NCBI RefSeq assembly: GCF_006345805.1
Contig: NW_021836147.1
Span: 41,205-105,204, forward strand
Origin: Octopus sinensis
Lineage: Eukaryota
Length of the DNA stretch: 64,000 nt
Reading direction: 5' to 3'
The notes under the pieces were generated by a model that saw nothing but the letters and a program-made list of their open reading frames with translations, was not told the origin of the DNA and did not search any database. Of this stretch, positions 61,499 to 64,000 are shown in pieces (position 1 is the stretch's first letter; the number at the start of each line of letters is the position of its first letter). The position numbers and the translations under genes were made by a program.

Positions 61499-62300
61499 TA
61501 GTACTTATTTACTTGGTATTTATTACATTGATTTATATGTATTGAATGTTTAGATTACCTCAACACTGGGTTTTTAACTGAAGGTGCTGTATCTAACCAG
61601 TAAGCATAAATGAGGACACGCACACATACACAATATGCTTCTGCCCTTTCTCTGTCTATCAATGTCTACTCCCAAGGTACTAGTCAATGTAAGCAAACAG
61701 TAGAAAACGTTTGCTCAATACGTCACACAGTGGGATCAAACCTATAGCATCATTGTTTTACAGAAAACTACTTAACTCTGAATTGTAGGGTAAATCTTGT
61801 GTTTATTTGGTTTGCAAAATTCTTAATGGGAACTCGTGTATTTAAACTGATTTTGTCGTACCTCAGGAGGGTCATTATGTCAATGATAAACAAAGAGACT
61901 TGAATCAAGCCTGGAGAAGGGAGGGCATGTTATTGATGAGGTCATAAATCATAGTAAACGAACTTTGACAAAATTAACTGATTGATTAATCAACCAAACA
62001 ATTAATAAAAAAAAATCAATTATTTAATTGATTAAATAGTTAACTAGTTGACTAATAATTATGAAAGAAGTGAAAGAGAACTCATGCATTTGTTTATTTC
62101 AGGTAAAAGGACCCTCCCAAAATACAACAAAATAGAGTAAATTATTCATCCAGTGATGGTCATCTGAACATATTGTAATGAGGAAAGAATTACAACAATA
62201 CCAATTCAAATACAAAAATAACCCATTTGAATAGATAATACTATTATTGTACTTATGATTATTGTAATTAATAAGAATGAATATTAATTTCAGAAAAATA

Positions 62301-62512
62301 TTGGTTTCAAATTGTGGCATAAGGCCAGTAGATTTGGGGGAGGGGCAAAATCGATTGCATCAACCCCAATGTTCAGCTGGTACGTATTTGATCGACCCTG
62401 AAAGGATAAGTAAAGCTAACCTCAGTAGAATTTGAACTCAGAGCCTGAAGTCAGATGAAATGCCACTAAGCTTTTTGCCTGGCATGCAGACAGTTCTGCC
62501 AGCATGCTGCCA
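62301..62512 (-). mobile_element. SINE family B variant (alternative tail)
   Basis: Same organisation as the 30815 and 31451 copies. Confidence 0.75.
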
Positions 62513-62673
62513 TATTTTAGATAAATATTAATATATTTCAATGCAAATGTTAGTTGCACTTAGTACCAATAACGAAATTAGTTAAACAGAATTTCTTATT
62601 GCTTCTATCAATTTTAAAGAAACGTTTCTTTTATACAGCTACTGTGTTCTATAGCTACTGTTTTACATAGGTA

Positions 62674-63426
62674 CTAGCAGCTAAGCCCGGTTTCACCTGG
62701 TCTATTTGGATGATGTGGCTGTGATCCTTTTCGGTTAGGCATAATCTATAACAGCGTTTGTCAACCTTATCATTTTGGGTCCCCTGTTTCGATTGGAGCC
62801 TCCAACTATATGAAAATTTCCTGACCCCACCCCGTCAGAAAACAGCTTCTGAGCAACTGGTTGTTTTTATGGCAGAAGAAAGAGGGAAATTCCATTAGAA
62901 AATTTTTAATTGATTTTCTAGGTAAGTATGGGGGTTAGGGAACAAAAATACAAACTGCATTCCAATCTATGTATCTGTCACCACATGTGTGCCATTTTTC
63001 ATGCAAATCCACCCAGCCATTTGGCTGTGAACCTCAAGACAAGAAAGAATACAACGATCGCCCATGTCCAATTTATATTATAGATTATTTTATATTTGTC
63101 AACTATCAGTGTTTTCGTAATCAATTTGAAAAAATCCATTGCACAGGTGATTAGCCCATTCAACTTCACCAGAGCCTCATTGGCCAGCTTTACCTGTTTC
63201 CATCTCTCACAACAAGGACGAGGAGTTGGGCTTTGAGGGATAGAGTAGGCTTAAGAACTCGTGGCGTAGATCAACACAAAAGGATCTAGAGAAAGGGGGA
63301 CATTCATGGCAGAGTATAAGTACAGAAGCGAAAAATTATGCGACATGGAATTCAATTATAAGTGGCCTATACTCCGCATTGGAGCGCTAAAGGCAGAAAA
63401 AAGAAGAAAAAAATTATTTTATATAG
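62674..63426 (-). mobile_element. Helitron-like element inserted into a ~17-bp minisatellite
   Basis: On minus it starts CTATATAAAATAA and ends CCGGGCTTAGCTGCTAG|T; TATACAGCTACTGTTTT-like units flank both sides (62630-62670, 63421-63550). Confidence 0.55.
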
Positions 63427-64000
63427 CTACTATTTTATACACCTACTGTATTCTATAGTTACTGTTTTATACAGCTACTTTTACATAGTGACTGTTTTAT
63501 ACAGCTTATGTCTGTTCTAGCTACTGTCTTTTAAAGCTACTCTTTTACATCGCTATTCAACTTGAGCAGACTCCATATTTTACATTATTTGATTAAAGGA
63601 ATTAAGATTAATGCGATCATTTAAGACCACAATAAGACTCTTATTGCAAGTTTTAATCGTATTAATTTTGTCATATAGCAAGTAGTCCAGCTATTTTAAT
63701 CTTCTCCTGTTCAGTAAAAATCTACACTGTTTTTCAGAGTTACGCTATTAGTTATAAACAGACAGGAACCACCAGACACTATGTAAATTATGAATGAAAG
63801 CTTAACCACCATTTGTGAGTATAATCTAATAGCTTACTTCCATGCTATTGTTAATTGTTTTATTTCGTTTTTTTGAAATTGTTTTAGATATTTATGTAAT
63901 TACAAACAGATATAGACACCTTCTCAGCCCACGTATCCTTTACCCAGTGTAAAACAGAGGATGTGACATCTGAAGAGAGAAAGGGTGGTGCTTATTTATA

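Overview
AT-rich, microsatellite-dense eukaryotic DNA, almost entirely repeat-derived. The repeat style suggests a coleoid cephalopod, most likely Octopus (inference from recalled repeat families, not from a search). I could not identify any host protein-coding gene; most ORF-track entries are microsatellite or antisense artefacts. What the sequence supports: (1) a near-complete CR1-clade LINE (46643-50320, minus) with ORF1 and an APE+RT ORF2 broken by one 1-bp frameshift; (2) many tRNA-derived SINEs from at least five locally labelled families (A-E), several with clean target-site duplications; (3) mariner, Helitron-like, RTE, R4/Dong-like, HERO-like and several Penelope-like (PLE) remnants; (4) eleven type I hammerhead-ribozyme-like motifs from unrelated sequence families, several inside long inverted repeats next to (TA)n tracts. 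Best leads: the dense hammerhead/foldback system, including a divergent ribozyme pair at 36.8-37.0 kb and a tRNA-headed hammerhead-tailed element at 45.0-45.3 kb; and the LINE 3' end, which is shared with SINE-A with a compensated stem-loop, marking it as the likely mobilising partner. All alignments and folds were done by eye; element boundaries may be off by a few bases, or by tens of bases for decayed remnants.
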